In this document: in pieces, positions 62,980 through 64,000 of the stretch
Layout: each line of letters begins with the position of its first letter
Numbering within the stretch: position 1 is the first letter of the stretch
Assembly (NCBI RefSeq): GCF_001194135.2
Contig: NC_068998.1
Coordinates: 11,815,880-11,879,879 of the forward strand
Source of the DNA: Octopus bimaculoides
Taxonomy: Eukaryota
Length of the DNA stretch: 64,000 nt
Direction: 5' to 3'
The notes under the pieces: generated by a model
The model's database searches: none
Told to the model about the DNA's origin: nothing
The model's input: only the letters and a program-made list of their open reading frames with translations
Made by a program: the position numbers and the translations under genes

Positions 62980-63245
62980 AGACACATGCCTTAGTGGTTA
63001 GGGTCTTGCACACACGATTGCGAGATCATGGGTTGTTCAATTCCCAGACCGGGTGTTGCGTTCTTGAGCAAAGCACTTCATTTCACATAGCTCTGTGATC
63101 ATTTTGACATCTGATATGTGGCACCTGTACAGGTAATGTCGATCTGACGGAGGGAATGAGCTTATGTCTACACAAACATTTGATCGCTATAAACAAATCT
63201 TCTGTGTGGTTGTTCGATAAGAAATTGTCGAACCTTCATAAATCA
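62980..63245 (+). mobile_element. Related tRNA-derived SINE, diverged
   Basis: Head gccttagtggttagggt...ttcaattcccagaccggg resembles the head of the 536-900 element. Confidence 0.65.
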
Positions 63246-63269
63246 TCTAACGACAGGAGTGTCCATCAT

Positions 63270-63345
<76 letters not shown>

Positions 63346-63469
63346 GAAAATGGATGAAAAACGATAGCTATATATATATCCATATTAGTACATACACACA
63401 GACATAAATATAGGAATGCATATTGTACCAAAAGTAATGCAAAAGTGGGAATACTCTTATTTTTAACAG

Positions 63470-63760
63470 ACACAGGTCATTCAAATTACAAAGGTTGATA
63501 GAGTTATTACTCTTCTTCTTCCTGTCCGTCTTCATTGCAAGCAATTAATGAATTCTGAGCAGAAGCAATGTGTTGTTGTTAAGCTTTTGATGATGTCCAA
63601 AACTCACAGAAGGCTACACATCATTCAAGTAGATGATGTCATTGTCAAAAGCAAAAAGTGTACAGATGGATGTAAAAGTTTAAAGAAGGAGAAACCTAGC
63701 ACTGAAGACAAACTACACAGTGGGAAACTAATCCACTGTGACCACCAACACAAATTACCT
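63470..63760 (+). mobile_element. Decayed mariner transposase N-terminus
   Basis: EQKQCVVVKL..SKTHRRL, then VYRW.*KFKEG and STEDKLHSG across frameshifts, matching the mariner HTH pattern V.RW...F..G..S.ED..RSGRP. Confidence 0.7.
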
Positions 63761-64000
63761 GGAAGTACATACTTTAAAGTAAAATTCAGAATTAGTATTA
63801 AAAAATGTTTTTTTTTACAATGTCCTTTAAAAATGTTGCTTGAAATAATTTTAAACATTGCATATAAATAATAGGCTCTTTCTATGTTGCATTTGCTCTG
63901 AAAATTTTGTAATTACTTATGATACCTAACTAAAACAAATAAAAATTATGTTGTTCCTTTGTGAAATCATTGTTAAAATTAGCTCAACAAGGAAGACCAG

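Noticed and set aside
195-63871. Remaining ORF-track entries and any CRISPR, rRNA or true tRNA genes
   Set aside because: The ORFs are antisense shadows of exons, microsatellite translations, N-gap artefacts or repeat fragments. tRNA-like sequences are SINE heads. No CRISPR-type array is present.

Overview
AT-rich (about 33% GC) animal genomic DNA, most likely Octopus (inferred from the tRNA-derived SINE families), with five N gaps. Nearly the whole window is one minus-strand gene: the class I bHLH E-protein (daughterless / TCF3-TCF4-TCF12 co-ortholog). I traced 12 shared coding exons by hand (42767 down to the stop at 114). All are GT-AG with consistent phases. They encode the [25 protein letters not shown]|[16 protein letters not shown], bHLH and C-domain ([17 protein letters not shown]) blocks. 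The canonical long N-terminus (AD1, KVPPGLPSS exon) was not found and must lie beyond base 64000. The most notable result, missed by the ORF track, is a set of short ATG-initiated phase-0 exons upstream of the VYSPSP exon: [20 protein letters not shown] (47575-47634), MYYYSRPKLQ (51810-51839) and MDYIELKPLQFYHE (60063-60104). There is also a possible internal start near 20400. The first two resemble the two halves of the vertebrate HEBAlt/TCF4-A Alt domain. Other points: the basic region sits on its own skippable 84-nt exon beside an 8-E-box intronic cluster, and there are several hairpins. Introns are full of SINEs, MITEs and decayed hAT, mariner and RTE fragments. Repeat boundaries are approximate. 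All isoform claims are predictions from DNA and need RNA evidence.
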